DNA of 63,279 nt, filler included, from Bigelowiella natans CCMP2755 (lineage: Eukaryota > Protista > Cercozoa), in the NCBI GenBank assembly GCA_000320545.1. It is 4 parts of 4 records of this genome, joined end to end, with 100 filler letters (N's around TTAATTAATTAA, not from the genome) between each part and the next. Parts side by side here need not be neighbours in the genome. Positions count along the whole stretch, not along the records: positions 1 to 21,903 come from ADNK01000201.1; positions 22,004 to 42,549 come from ADNK01000815.1; 2 more parts are not named here. The stretch is one strand, 5' to 3'. The notes beneath the pieces were generated by a model. The model was not told where the DNA came from, did not search any database, and worked only from the letters and a program-made list of their open reading frames with translations. The position numbers and the translations under genes were made by a program. Below are positions 15,158-28,182 of this stretch, one piece after another. Within the stretch, counting starts at the first letter, position 1; the number at the start of each line of letters is the position of its first letter.

Positions 15158-16265
15158 ATGTCAACCGAAGCCAAGAACTCGAAAAACTGGGAGAAGTTCG
15201 TGTCAGAGTACGGATCTTCACAGAAGGGCAAAACCTTCGCCATCACGGGCTGCACTTCTGGTACAGGCTTGGAATTTGCGAAATACATTGCTGGCCTTGG
15301 AGGGGACATTATCATGCTCAACAGGCCTTCAGACCGTTCGAAAAAAGCACTAGACATCGTGAAGGGAGTCGCTGAGAACAAAGGGGGCAAAGTAACTCAT
15401 ATAGACTGTGATTTGATGGACTTCAAGAGCGTACGTGAAGCTGCAGAGGCGCTAAAGAAAGAGCACACAGAAGTAGATGTACTTTGCAACAATGCCGGTA
15501 TCATGGCTTGGCCTGACAAAGCAACTACGGACGGTTGCGATGTGCAAATGCAGACAAACCACTTATCACACTTCTTATTAACGATGAAAATCTGGTCATC
15601 ATTGGAAGGTGCTGCAGAGAAGCGTGGTGAAGCTCGGATTATCAACCATTCTTCCCAGGCACGACTGGGAGACAAACTCGAAGCCAAATACCTTGAAAAG
15701 AACGGGGGTAACTTGGGCGGTGAGGAGGCTAAGTGGAAACGTTATCACCACACCAAGCTAGCAAACTGTGTTTTTACCTACACGCTAAACGACCGTTTGA
15801 AGGCTGCTAAAAGCAAGATCAAGGTGTTTGTAGCCCACCCTGGACTATCTGCGAGTAATCTACAGGCAACATCCATCGCGGCTGGGGGGATGAAGGGCAA
15901 AATGGATGTACCCCAGACCGCTCAAGAAGGTGCTATGGGCATCATTCGTGCTGCTATCGACGCCGAAGCGCAAAGTGGAGATTTTTTTGGACCCGGAAAG
16001 TCAGGTGGTGAAGGATGGAAGGAGGGATATCCGAATAAAATAGAGCCGGAGGAGGTATTGCCTTTTTCCTTTTCATCACATGTCACCCCATCTACGGAAA
16101 TCTGTGTGCGCACTGCAACAAAAACTATGAGTACATTGCAGTAATAGTTGCCTTTAACATCCTCACGAAACATTGATGTTTCCGTAGGTGTTGCTACACT
16201 CAGATAGCAAAGAGATGCTGTGGAAGGTGAGCAACAAAACTCTTGGAGAAAGTTGGGATCTATGA
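15158..16265 (+). CDS. Short-chain dehydrogenase/reductase (retinol dehydrogenase/WWOX-like), 2 exons (15158-16054, 16188-16265)
   Basis: TGCTSGTG Rossmann motif, NNAGIMA, TNHLSHF, catalytic YHHTK and AHPG. A phase-0 GT-AG intron restores the typical C-terminus EMLWKVSNKTLGESWDL*. Confidence 0.95.
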
Positions 16266-16450
16266 TCGCACTAATGATGAACCACGCAGAACTAGTTCAA
16301 CCATCGTGTAGGATTGGGTGTTCTTGGGCAACTGTCAGGCATAAACGAGTTTGTGCATGTGAATGATGTGACATGAACATCAGCGCATGATGACTCATGT
16401 TGGCGGCTAGCATGAGCAGTCTGTTTTGCTCTTCTGAAATGAAGGATGTA

Positions 16451-17620
16451 CATGTTGACATGTGTTGTTGTGCGAATTCAATGTGGCAACGTGCGCAGCG
16501 CGAAAAGCGCATGCAAAGAATGCATGCATGCTGGCGCAGCACAGAGGGGTGCACAGCAGGGACCTCTTGACATGTTGTCATGTGCATGTGCTGTGATGCA
16601 GGTGCGATCGATCAATGTCAGTTTGGCAGTCAGTGAGACATGAATGTCAAACGAAGCATGATGCATGCCAGCATGTAGCATGACCATTCTTTTCAATGAT
16701 GACAGAAAATTGTGGTGGAGATCTTTTTTCTGAGAATGCTGGAATGCAATCGCATGCGTCGCTTGCGTGCGTGCTGGCGTGTTCACACGCGGGATCCATG
16801 ATCCATGCCATTCTAGCATTCTTTCCAGTTTTTCCCCACCAAAAAACCAGTCCCAGACAACATCGAAAAGAAACAACGATTCATTGCAGTCTGACAGTGG
16901 CCAGGTGCAACTTGAGTTGTGTCACTCCTGGTGTGGAAAACTCCATCAGGCAGAGAAAGAAAGAAAGAAAGAAAGCCAAGAAAGAGAACAGCAGCTCTGA
17001 TCTAGTGATGGTGTGGTGCATCAACATCATCCAATTCTGCAAAACAAGATGAATGAATGAATGAATTGTCAAATGAATGTGGGTTGAATCGAAGAAGAAG
17101 AAGAAGAACAATGAACAATGATGATGAACCACATTTCCAAAGTGTGACAAGACATTTGCAGTGTGCGAAACGCAGTGCCTCGAACTAACTTCAGTGAGGT
17201 CCATCTAGTGAAACCAGAAGGAATCAAGAATGGCATTCTAGCCACTCCTCCGAAAGAAGAAAAGGAGAAAGGATCACGAACGAACGCACATGAACAATGA
17301 ACAATGAACAAAGCGTTGATCAAAAACTACATGCGCCAGAACCACATGGGAGACAGGCATTTGCACGCAGCAGAGCCTCAACAACACTCGCATGAAGTGC
17401 TCCAAGTACGAAATCGACGCTCACAATGCTACGCAGAGCCAAGTCGTTTCCATTTCTGCGACATGGACAAACCATCCCAGCATCTCTACGGAATTCATGG
17501 GCATTTCACCCTTGCGACAAGCCTTTCAAGGGACTAAGATTAGAGAGACCAGCACGACCAAATCACAACGGGGGAATTAGAATCTACCCTTCCGTTTGCA
17601 TCCGATCTTGGCGCTTTCCG
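16451..17620. other. TpA-depleted intergenic tract B
   Basis: Hand count: 14 TA in ~1.17 kb, 13 of them in CTA or TAG context. Confidence 0.85.
17106..17252 (+). repeat. Dispersed repeat, copy 1 (possible MITE/SINE-like relic)
   Basis: Matches the reverse complement of 23652-23861, including an identical 41-nt core TGTGACAAGACATTTGCAGTGTGCGAAACGCAGTGCCTCGA and the block AAGAATGGCATTCTAGCCACTCCTCCG. Confidence 0.9.
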
Positions 17621-17669
17621 ATTCTGTTAAGATTCAGAGAGAGGGGAAGGAGGTGGACGGACAGCAAAG

Positions 17670-18857
17670 ATGGGCATGGTTTATGATGCTTTGTCAGTTC
17701 TGCTGTACTTTGCGATCATTGCGGCAGCTGTGGCGAAACATTCGGCGATCGGGTAATCAAGTGCATTGGGAAAGCAGCGCGGTGTTATTAACCTACTGCG
17801 CGCGGGCCACACTGTGTCGTATCTTGCGTGCTTTTAACCGCTTCGTTCTCAGGTGTGTGTATGGGATTCTATTTTTGGTTCTATACCTTTGCGACACCTT
17901 CAATTTGATCGGAGCTTGGGGGACTGCACGTGCTACTTTTGCCGCATCGCTGGCATCTCTCTTGGCTGTTATCGGTCAGATACCACGATTAGAGGACACG
18001 GCACGAAATTCACCCAAACTAAGGAGTGCAAATATATTATATCTAGCATGAGTATTGTTGTGGTTTTGCGTATTCTCCTGGTGGACAGGCTTTCACATCG
18101 CCCTCGCTCGCAATGCTGTCAAAGACCCAGGTGCTTCGACGGCATGACCACAAATCTAACATGTCACGCATAACGCGCAAGCTCGCCGTACACTTACGTG
18201 AAATTGTGTGTGGAAATTGGTGCTGGTTTCTTTCAGACGACCATTGGTGGTTCATCGTGGGAATTAAGAGGAAGGAAGATCCTTTGTTGGTGTACCTTCC
18301 GGTACGTTACGTTTACAAGATATGCCCCCTCCCCCTATGTCAGCTTTACGTACAACCGTTGCATCCAGCTCTTTATAAGGAGTATACATAAACGCATGGA
18401 TAACAAGCCTAGAAAATGTGATCTCAAAGGATTTCACTCTTCTGAATTCTAACAGGATGTCTGCATCGCTGTCATTTCCTTAATCTCAATGCTCTACAAA
18501 ATCTGCTCCGTGGTTAGTGGAGACGGCATCACCCGTATTTCTTGCTATGAATTCCCTGCCCCCGTCCTTCATATCGTTGTCATCACCGTCACCGCCGCAC
18601 CAACCCAATCTATATCGTTTAAGAGCACTAGCTGAATATCAGTATCACACATTCGTGCAGGGGACCACGCAAGATGACGCATCGCCCTCATCGCCGTCAA
18701 CAACGGCCGTGGCTACTGCACGGAGGAATAATCAACCCAGAGACCTCCATGGAAGAGCTCAGACACCATTAGCATTCCGCATCGAGATTAGCTCCATCAA
18801 CATCTACTTGCTCGCATCCGCCATCGTTCAATGTACGAGTAGTAGAGTAGTAGAAGT

Positions 18858-18888
<31 letters not shown>

Positions 18889-19828
18889 ATAGTAGTAGCA
18901 GTAGTCATATCATAACGACACGTAACTCTGCCCTGCTCTCAAGGTTCGTTGATAAGCTTCGTCGGCTATTATGTGCCGTGGTCGCTGATGACGGTGTGCT
19001 TCGGTTTTACGCTCGGATTTACATGGATGGAGGCCGCGTTGTCGTGCATTCTGCCTGTGTTTGTTTTCGCGCATCTGGTCGTCAACTTGGTGTTGCAAAC
19101 GCTGAACGAGGTGAGGACAGGAAGTAGAAGAGGAAGAAGCAGAAGAGGGGAGGGGGTGGAACAATAATGATGCTGGAGCAACTGATAGTATGGAGAGATG
19201 AGAATATGAGTAATTACAAATCCTATTGTTTTCCCCCTGCATTATCAGCGCATTGAGAATATCTCTTTTCCTTTTCTTCTTCTTCCTCTTCTTCTTGCAC
19301 TCGTTCTTGTGTATGCGTGCATGATGGGGCAGGTGGGAGGTCTGGACTGTTCCACAGATCTTGCGTCCTACGGGTACTCGTCCTCCCTGTTGATGAGTAC
19401 CGTATGATGATAATTATGATGAGAATAGTAATTCTCTAGTAATAATCAGATAGACCAAATTCCATTCTTCCTTTCTTTTTGCTACCCCCCCCCCCTCTCC
19501 CTCCTTTTCACTCACCGCTTCATGTTTGCTGTGTCTATTTATAACGCACGTACACCTGACACAACCGTCGTTATCATCATTATCATCATTTGTCATCATC
19601 ATCATCATCATCATCATCATTTGTCATCATCATCTTCATCATCATCATCATCATTATCATCATCATTATCATCATCATCCCAATCGTGCAGGCTCTGCCT
19701 TTCTAAGCTTGACTTCCAGGGATATGCATCAGGTGTGGTAGCAGTATTTAGTAGTAGAAGTAGTAGTGGCAGTAGTAGTAGTTTGAACAGAATCAGCAAT
19801 CATCATAGCATAGGCATCTTACGATTCT

Positions 19829-19885
<57 letters not shown>

Positions 19886-21583
19886 GGGGGCGGGAAGAGA
19901 TAGGGAGTAACACACAGTCAATCGAGCATTGGTAGTCTTTCTCAGGCAATCGTCAAGACGGTCTTTCCATCTTGTCCTTTTCCTTCCTCTTCCATGTTTT
20001 CTCGAGCTGATTCTGGTTTCTCCCCTCTCTTTCACTCCATTCGTAGTTGTTTCCATTCTCCTCCTCTACATGGCGAGCCTTGCCCACTACCAGACGAAGT
20101 CCCGAAAGGTTAACGAGACCAAGAGAAAGAGAGAGAGAGCGGCGGGGGGGGGTGATGGTAATGCCGATGACGGTGATAACGAAGGAAGAAGGAATCGTGA
20201 TTGATAAGTGCGATGTATACATGCATGTATTTTACATGTGTAGTAGGAGAGGCAAATTAATAAATCAATACACACGTGAATATTAGCAAAAATATAAGCA
20301 AGGATGCAGCCAACAGTATGACTATCTCCTCACATGCAGAAACACGAGGAGGAGGAACAACGCATGGTGGGCACAGCCTGGGGAGGGGACAGTAACAGCG
20401 CGACTCGTGGCATCGATGCTCGGTCGTATGAGTGAAGAAGAAGAAGATGATGACAATAATTATAACTAAGAAGTGTTTATCATCACCCCTGAGCTTCAAA
20501 ACGCTTCGCTCTCACTCGTCGTGCTCATTCCTTCCTCTCCCCCCGCCTTCCTCTCCCCCCTGCCTTCCTCACGCCACGACAAACTTGCAGGCTCGTGCGT
20601 TATGAGGCTGACGGCGATACGTCGCACTACGATGGGAGAACAGATGGAGCTGCTGCTGGAGGCGTCGTGGTAGACATGAAGGGCCATCATCGAGCGAGTG
20701 ATGACGACGATGATGGGACGGAAAGGGTGGAGATGAAGACGAGGACGGTATATGATAGTTGTTATAGTGGCGATGTGTAAGGTCTCCTTCTGCTCTTTGC
20801 AGCACCCTAGCGAGTAATCGCGGCCGTCTACCTTTTCCTTCTGTTCCCAAAGAAACAGCATTTCTTCACCCCTTTTATTCCCCATTTTTTTTACCCCTCC
20901 ATCTCCTGCCACCAGTCCACCCTATCCCTCCCCCCTCCCCTCCTACCGGGAGGAGCAACTTGGATCATGATGGTCGTGGGGTGGACGTTGAATGCATGTG
21001 TTAAAAGTTCAGAATAGATGGGTTTACTGTTTTGGCCATTGCTCAATTCCCTCCCCCCACCCCTCCTCCCCTTTACCCCCCCCCCCCCCCTCTCCCCTGG
21101 CCTTCTCGCTATTTGTCGATGATTGATCTTCCAGAAAGCGATGGACGATCCTGACGGGCATCATGAGTCCCCCGCCATACTTGCTACCTCTGAGGTACAC
21201 AGCACGTTAGCAATAATGCCACAACACAAACACCGTACATCGAACGTCCACAACACAATTCTACGGCTGCGTTGATGGTCGTTCCGCATCCAAGGCATCT
21301 TGTCCTGGTGTTCCATCGTGTATGTAAAAGTGATGTTCTTCCTTATTCTCTCTCTGCTTTCTAAGGATCATAAGGAAGGGCAGCAGGGGCAGCAGCAGCA
21401 GCAGTTTGGGCAGAATTTGCAAGGTGCTACTTCTAAACAACTACCCAAAAGTTCCACACATAATTCAGCATCATGAAAAGAAATACGCGCGCTATTGCCG
21501 TCACCACAATCACCACACCAGAGGCTGCGGTTTCGAAATGCTAGGAATTGTGAAGGAAACGTGCATAGGATGATGATGATGGC

Positions 21584-21616
<33 letters not shown>

Positions 21617-21903
21617 ATTCACCCCGCATCCCCCCCCCCCCCGCCATCTTTCTCTTATCTATCTACCTAATTCCCCCCTTTCCGCCTTGTTTTCCTTCTT
21701 CCTACCCCGTCTTTCTCTTCTCTCACGACAACAACAAACATGCACAACAGAAACAAAAGGACCAGGCATTACCGAGAGACTATGTGGCCGGCTGACAGAT
21801 TCGTGGGCGAAGACACAACTGGAAATCCTCTCTCTACTTGCGGTGGGAGATGCCACGAAAGGGGGAAAGGGGGAGGGGGGGGCGGGGGGGACGACGACAA
21901 CAC
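17670..21903 (+). CDS. Polytopic membrane protein, probable Piezo-family N-terminus; truncated by the gap
   Basis: Spliced exons MGMVYDALSVLLYFAIIAAAVAKHSAIG-CVYGILFLVLYL..ASLASLLAVIG-FHIALA..-WWFIVGIKRKEDPLLVYLP-DVCIAVISL resemble the first Piezo TM unit (..SLVYLLF..HLALQ..IGVTR..APD). Further hydrophobic exons follow. Confidence 0.45.
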
Positions 21904-22003
21904 NNNNNNNNNNNNNNNNNNNNNNNNNNNNNNNNNNNNNNNNNNNNTTAATTAATTAANNNNNNNNNNNNNNNNNNNNNNNNNNNNNNNNNNNNNNNNN
22001 NNN
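21904..22003. other. Assembly linker N44-TTAATTAATTAA-N44
   Basis: Exactly 100 bp with a six-frame-stop spacer; identical to the other two gaps. Confidence 0.98.
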
Positions 22004-22021
22004 CTTCAGAGTTGGTATAAA

Positions 22022-22066
<45 letters not shown>

Positions 22067-23321
22067 CAAAGAGGGGGGGAGATATGTCAGCGGAACAGAA
22101 GAAGGTAGCTCTTCCATATCATTGCCTTTTCTGAAAGACGTGAAGAAGTAGCACATTCGTATTCATTAAAGTGCAATTCCCCAACGATAGACAATCCCTC
22201 CCATCGTAATATATAGTGTACAGGCTAACGGATCTCATGCAACGTCTCACAGAGATCATCTTTGATCTGAAAGACCGAGAGCGTTTATTACCCCGAACCC
22301 ATGTCGCAGAGGCGAATACTGGGGCCTTCCCCGCATGCAGCGACGATGGACGTGTTTGCTCCGGGCGCGTGTGGGATCGAACAGCAACGTATACTGAACC
22401 CGAGGCGAATCTCATCTATCAGCTCCACCGGCGCAGACGCGTCCCATATGCGTATCTTGCCGTCATGTCCTCCCGTTATGAAGAGCCCAGGGTCGGTCGG
22501 ATACCTGAAAGGAGGATTAGGGGTTATCGTCCGGATTGCGTTATACATTTTTGATATTGGTGAATCGACAGCACTTACTCCGTTTGAAAATTGTTATAAG
22601 TGCGTTGAAATGCGTGTGAGGTGTCTGTGTGTGTAGAAGATATACATGTTATGCTCTTGATTTTGTGTTTTGAGTCCTCGAAATATTTAAGAATAGGATG
22701 TGTAATAATGATGACCGCCACTGGTGTGTGTCGTCACAGCATTGTACTTACCACTGACAGCAGTGCTGCGACGACTTGAGGGAGCGTATACGTCCTATCG
22801 GCTTGTTGAAATAATAATGCGAGGAGGAGGAAGAATCAGCTTCGTTTTCTTCCTCGAAATCCTTCCTGACAAATCATCATTTACCATCATTACTATTGCC
22901 ATTGTTGCTATTTATAGTTTTTATTTTCTTCTTCCGAGCTCCTCAAACAACCGAGGAGTCCACAAGAAGCAGATAGGAAAATATCGCTGCGGCACATGTA
23001 CATTGCAGACTACTAGCAAATTCGTTCCTACCTGTCCATCCCATCGTCATCATCGTCGAATTGTTCGAACGAAGGTGATTTTCTGCTTTCGTACGCCTCG
23101 AGATCATAGATGCTCACACCACCCTGTAGGTCGCAGGAGAGGAGATAGCGGCCCGATGTCCGATCGATGTTCAATCTCGTCACCGGTGCCGCATGCAAGG
23201 AGTCGACGTACTCGGTGGACGACAGCAACAACCCGGCTGCACGGCGGGCCTGGACGCGTCGTCGATGGACATCGGGCCGCAAAAGCCCGAGAGCACGGAG
23301 CTTTAGCTCCAAAGGCAGCAT
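22004..23321 (-). CDS. ERCC8: DNA excision repair WD40 protein CSA/ERCC8; 3' part lost in the gap
   Basis: N-terminus LKLRALGLLRPDVHRRRVQARRAAGLLLS..HAAPVTRLNIDRTSGRYLLSCD..VSIYDL, then YPTDPGLFITGGHDGKIRIWD and IVAACGEGPSIRLCDMGSG. These segments are characteristic of CSA/Rad28. Confidence 0.88.
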
Positions 23322-23464
23322 CGCGTTGCCCTTTCTCGTGTCATGGGATGGGAAGGAGAAGCACCGGAACGCAAATCGATTTGTCGTTTTTTATATTTTT
23401 GGCAGCATTTTGGATGTCGCACCGTTGTGATGTAAGTAGAATCAGTGTGTTCCGGGAACTTTAA

Positions 23465-24595
23465 TTTTTCGCCCGGATTGCATGAAGCGGACCATGAAGG
23501 TGTGGTCCATGGGATTGTTCGCTTGGTGTTCGTAGGTGTGGTGTTCTTGCTTGGTGATCTCCAAGCATGAGCAAACCATCACGGCAGGATTTAGGGGTGC
23601 GTGGTCCTGGAGTTGGCAAAGATCATGCACAAAAGACAATGAAACTAGGAACGGAGGAGTGGCTAGAATGCCATTCTTGGTTCCTTGCAGTTTCACTTTG
23701 TGCATGAGCCAACACATGTTCGTAGCGAATGTTGCAGCATTGTCATGGCGTCATGCCCAAAATTAGACCTCGCTAGATTTAGCTCGAGGCACTGCGTTTC
23801 GCACACTGCAAATGTCTTGTCACATTTTGGAAGTGTGGTTTATCATCATTGTTCATTGTTCATTGATTGGTTCCCAGCGCGGACCCCCTCTCAGCACTTG
23901 CAGAATTGCAGTGCCGTGCGATGTTGTGTTGTGCTCATTCTGACCGCAAATTCATGTGACACAGCTAGGCAGGCAGACATGCCCGATGCTTGGTCTCCGT
24001 GGCCACATCATTCGCCCTCATGCACCATCGTCACCGTTTGGAACAAACTTAGAGCTCATTGGTTCTCATCACAATCAGCCTGACATCATTGTTCGTCATC
24101 GGATCATTCCCCTGAATTCTGATCACACCGTGCCTGCGTCTCAAGTGACGCTGGGCTGATCGTGCAATGTTTTGGCTCAGCAGGTTGCTTGCAGAGCGAC
24201 CGATGAGCATCCTGCACGTGCACGCTACGTGCTGTGCTAGCACGACGTGCGACCACGTGATTGTGTGATGATGGACATGCAATTGTGCAATGTGACACAT
24301 GTGTTGCATGTCCCATTGATCATGTGTCCCATTGCTGTGTCCATTGTCGTGCAAGGATGCAAGGATGCCGCAAAAGCACGACCACAGCTGTCACAGCGAC
24401 TAGCACGCATGCACGCAGATTGCACTTCGCTCTGTCCGCGTGCGTCTGGTGCATTGAACTAGTGAACCCAAACAGTGACCATGTGCGTGCAACCCGGCTG
24501 AACACTCGCGCACGATGCAGATCCGCACACGCACTTGCCATTTCTGCGGTGCACTGCTGCGAAAATGCCGAATGCATGTCCCAAATTCATCTTCA
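23465..24595. other. TpA-depleted intergenic tract C
   Basis: Hand count: 15 TA in ~1.13 kb (7 CTAG, 4 TTAG, 2 GTAG, 1 CTAC, 1 TTAT). Confidence 0.88.
23652..23861 (-). repeat. Dispersed repeat, copy 2 (about 65 bp longer internally)
   Basis: Homologous to 17106-17252 in the opposite orientation. Confidence 0.9.
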
Positions 24596-24610
24596 TTAAT
24601 GATTTTCATT

Positions 24611-26144
24611 TCAAGGAATTTGTCTCAAAGTCCGAGACCTGCAGTTCACATTTCTTGGTGGAAGTGCCTTGGAAGGGTTGATCTTACTTCTAAGCCAGAG
24701 GAATCGCTGTGATGCTGCCTCAGAATCTGGATTTGCTTTGGTTGCATTCTCAAAGTCTAGATAAGCATGTACCAAATTGGAAAGCTTGAGGCGAGTTTCC
24801 CCCCGAAGCAACAGAAACTCGGATTGAGAGGGGAGGAGTTTTATCGCTTCTGAAAGTTCTCTCTCTGCCCTTTCGTAATCTGTATTGTTGAACAATCTCC
24901 TTCCTCTTTCGAATCGCAGATGCCCAAAATCTGCGGACAACTTCTTGTATTGATGAGCATCCGTCCCCCCTTCCTGGCTTTTGAGGATGTCCAATGCATT
25001 CGTGTAAAACTTGACAGCGTTGTCAAACTCGTCCAGCTGCTTGTAGCAATTAGCTAAGTTCATGTGAAATTCAGCTGCTTCAGTGTTGCGCGATATGGCT
25101 TTCCGGAAACAGGTGATGGCATCCCTTACTTTGTTCATTTTGAGTAAACTGCAGCCGATGTCGTTCAGAGTTACTCCCATCTGGATATGTATTTCTTCGA
25201 GCTCCTTTACAGATGCACTTTCTTTGCCCTTTGACTCAGAGTGAACTATACTCATTGCGGTCTTTAGATCCTCTATCGCCGAGTCAAATTTTTTGGAATG
25301 CCGGTAAACTGTAGCTCTTAGCCTATAAGCATCGGCTGTTGGATTAGCTAATAGCGACGCATTGAGGTTCCGTATACTTTTCACATGTTCTCCATTCATC
25401 AAGTGTGCTGAAGCTTCATTGTAAAGGGACAAGGCCTTGCTCCGTATTGATTCCGCAATTCGAAATAGCTGTTTATTCTCAGGTTCTATTTTTCCGGCAG
25501 CTTCCAAATCCCCCTTCGCTCTCAAAAACTGCCTAAACTCAACCATAATCTTGGCACGGAGAATGAGAGCTTCGAAGTTGTTGGGGTCCTCCTTAAGAAT
25601 CATATCTATTTTCTGGAGAGCCGATTTCTTTAGACCATTATGTATATTTATCTTCGTTTTTTCAATCTTGTATCGGGTAGAAGTGTCCAAGACCAATGCT
25701 TCATCTATCTTTTGTTCTGCTTTCTGCCACTCAGCGTCTTCCTGCATTAACTTACCTGATATTTTGTATTAGCATAAAAATGTCTATGATGAAATATTCT
25801 CTTCATCGGAAATGAAATTTTTACTCACATATGATAAAGCAGATTCCGGCCAGCCTGTCTTTCAACCTCTGATCTTGTGGAGAGAGCTTCAACGCCCGTT
25901 TAAAGTTTAAGTAGGCGGACTTAAAGTCACACATCTGAATGTAGATTTCTCCTTTTCGACGATATAACTCGGCATTGTTTGGTTTCAAAAATGCAGCTGC
26001 ACCCAATGCTGTCACCGCAAGATCGGGCCGCCCATCAGCCAAGTGGCTCTCAGATATCTGCGTCTGTCGAATAACCGACTTTCGGAGTGCCCCTCTCGAC
26101 CTCGCTTTAAGAGTGAAGGGGTTTACTATGTACTGGTCATCCAT
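24611..26144 (-). CDS. TTC16: Tetratricopeptide-repeat protein, TTC16-like; 2 exons (26144-25829, 25755-24611)
   Basis: Multiple TPRs. ELYRRKGEIYIQMCDFKSAYLNFKRALKLSPQD..LKDRLA resembles the TTC16 N-terminal LCDFSSA..NLRRA segment. A phase-1 GT-AG intron joins the two ORFs. Confidence 0.75.
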
Positions 26145-26598
26145 TAGAAAGTATCAAAACCTGATGGATGGGTCACGCTAATCCTTATTGCATTGCCGAA
26201 ATATGTCAATTCTCCAAAAGTGATACCGTATTTAACTCCCCACTCCCCGAACAGATTGGAGGACTAGTCGGTGCGCATGTGGGAATATCTGAACCAAAAA
26301 ACATAAATGATGCCGAAATCGTGGGATTCAACCCAGTCCCCCCTCCCTTCCAAACATCGCACCGAAGGGGTGGGGACGAAAAACCTCTCCGATCCAGCGT
26401 TTCGTTTCTGAGCACGGTTTCTTTTTGGAGATGCATGCAAATCTCGAGAAATCCCCTGGATGTTTTATCCTGCGACATCAATGATCATTTATCGCATGGG
26501 GTAAATCGACATAGTTCTTTCAAGTCACTTTTTACAGCGAGAAACATCCAAGGACTGCAACGAACAATGAACAGAACACCCCCAACGGGACCAACTGC

Positions 26599-28182
26599 AT
26601 GGACGACCTGCCACGTGCCCTTCAGGGCATTCGTGCAATCGTCGATGACTACGATGGCTTCATCCTGGTGTCTGATAGGGAGAGGGGGATTCAATGAACC
26701 ATAGGGGACTAAAACTGACATTTTTTTGTTGCTTTTGGATTGCTAGGACCAGTACGGGGTTATGCACGACGGCGTAAAGCCGCTGCCAGGGGCGAGTCGG
26801 GCTGTGGAGGAGCTGCTACGTCGCGGCAAGGAGATCGTGATCCTGTGATGTTTAATGCGCTTATAATGAAGATGATGATAGTTCGCAATTATAGACTTGA
26901 TGGAAAGAATATACGCCCTTACACTCTATTCCATCCTTCCAGATCAAACTCCACCAGAAGGAGCACATCGACGTCCAGAAAGCTGGAGAAGCTAGGCTTT
27001 CCCACGAGTAAATTCGCTGGAATTATGACGGCCGGTGAGCATGCCTGGCACAGCATTCGATCTTCTCTGGATGCTGACAAAGTCACTCGAGGATGCCTCT
27101 GCATCGGCAAAAACTACGATACGAAGGAGGACGAAAACTTCGCCACAGGGCTAGGTGGAAGCTCGCCTCATATCCTCATTGCAATGATCTTCTGAGATGG
27201 CTTGAACAGATTCCCTCTTTATATGACTAGTTCACGTATGTGTCGACGTATTCAGACCTGAGGCTTGTTAGCGAGGCAGACGAAGCTGAGTTCATCTTAC
27301 TGAAAGGCACGGAAATAATAGGAATGGGAACAGAAAGTCAGAAACCAGTTGGATACGATTTCTCAAGAACTGGGAAGATTGAGGGGGCCTTACGAGATAT
27401 ATTAATCTCCGCTGCTCGGAAGTCCATCCCAATGCACTGTAGAACCAGAATAGCTTCATGCATCAAATACGTCGTTACAATATATCCTTCTTTCTTAGGC
27501 TTGAACCCTGACCGTGTAGCAGTACAACCGGATGGATCCCTTGCGTACATGCCAGGAAGTTTAGCGGCTTTGTACGAAGATCTGGTGGCCCAGCACTCCA
27601 AAGCTGAAAGTAAAAGCTGTGTGCAAATCTATGGGAAACCGACCGTGGAGTCCTTCTCACTCTGCCTAGAAATGATGCGAAGCAAAGGCATTAAGCCTCA
27701 GAGGGTCGTGATGATCGGGTACGTATTAATTAAAACTCATTGATGATTTTTTCCAACTGAATTGATGGAACGATAACGTTTACAGAGACTCGCTGGAACA
27801 TGACATATGTGGAGCGAACGGCAGTAGCGTTGACAGCATCCTAGTGGCGTCTGGTATCCACGGAAAAGAGATACTGACCTCCTCAGCATTTCGCAGTACC
27901 CAGTCAAATGAAATTCAAATATCAACCATGATAAAGGCCGTGTTGGCCTGCACTGCAGCAGCAGCACTTCTGACGATGAGGAGGCCATTGACTCATGCCT
28001 CTTTAAGGTCTGTTTGCACTGTATCGATTTCGCTCCTTGCGGCTTTACGAGGGACGCGAAGTTATATTTTCTGCGAGCACCACCAATCACCGCTTTGGAC
28101 GTACAAATCTGAACAGCTGGACGCTCTATACAAGAAATTCTCAGCTGTTCCATCCTTTGTGATTAGCCGATTCCAATGGTGA
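26599..28182 (+). CDS. HAD-superfamily hydrolase, subfamily IIA (TIGR01459-like), multi-exon
   Basis: Spliced YDGFIL-DQYGVMHDGVKPLPGA..EIVIL-SNSTRRS; NPDRVAVQPDG..YMPGSLA..YGKP; VVMIG-DSLEHDICGAN..DSILVASGIH. The true start may lie slightly upstream (~26460). Confidence 0.93.

Noticed and set aside
18044-18053. Apparent in-frame TGA (possible selenocysteine) in the Piezo-like gene
   Set aside because: A canonical CAG acceptor at ~18088 gives an in-frame exon (GFHIALA..) with no stop.
21948-21959. Palindromic TTAATTAATTAA, repeated three times in the window
   Set aside because: Always centred in N44 flanks; an artificial all-frame-stop linker.
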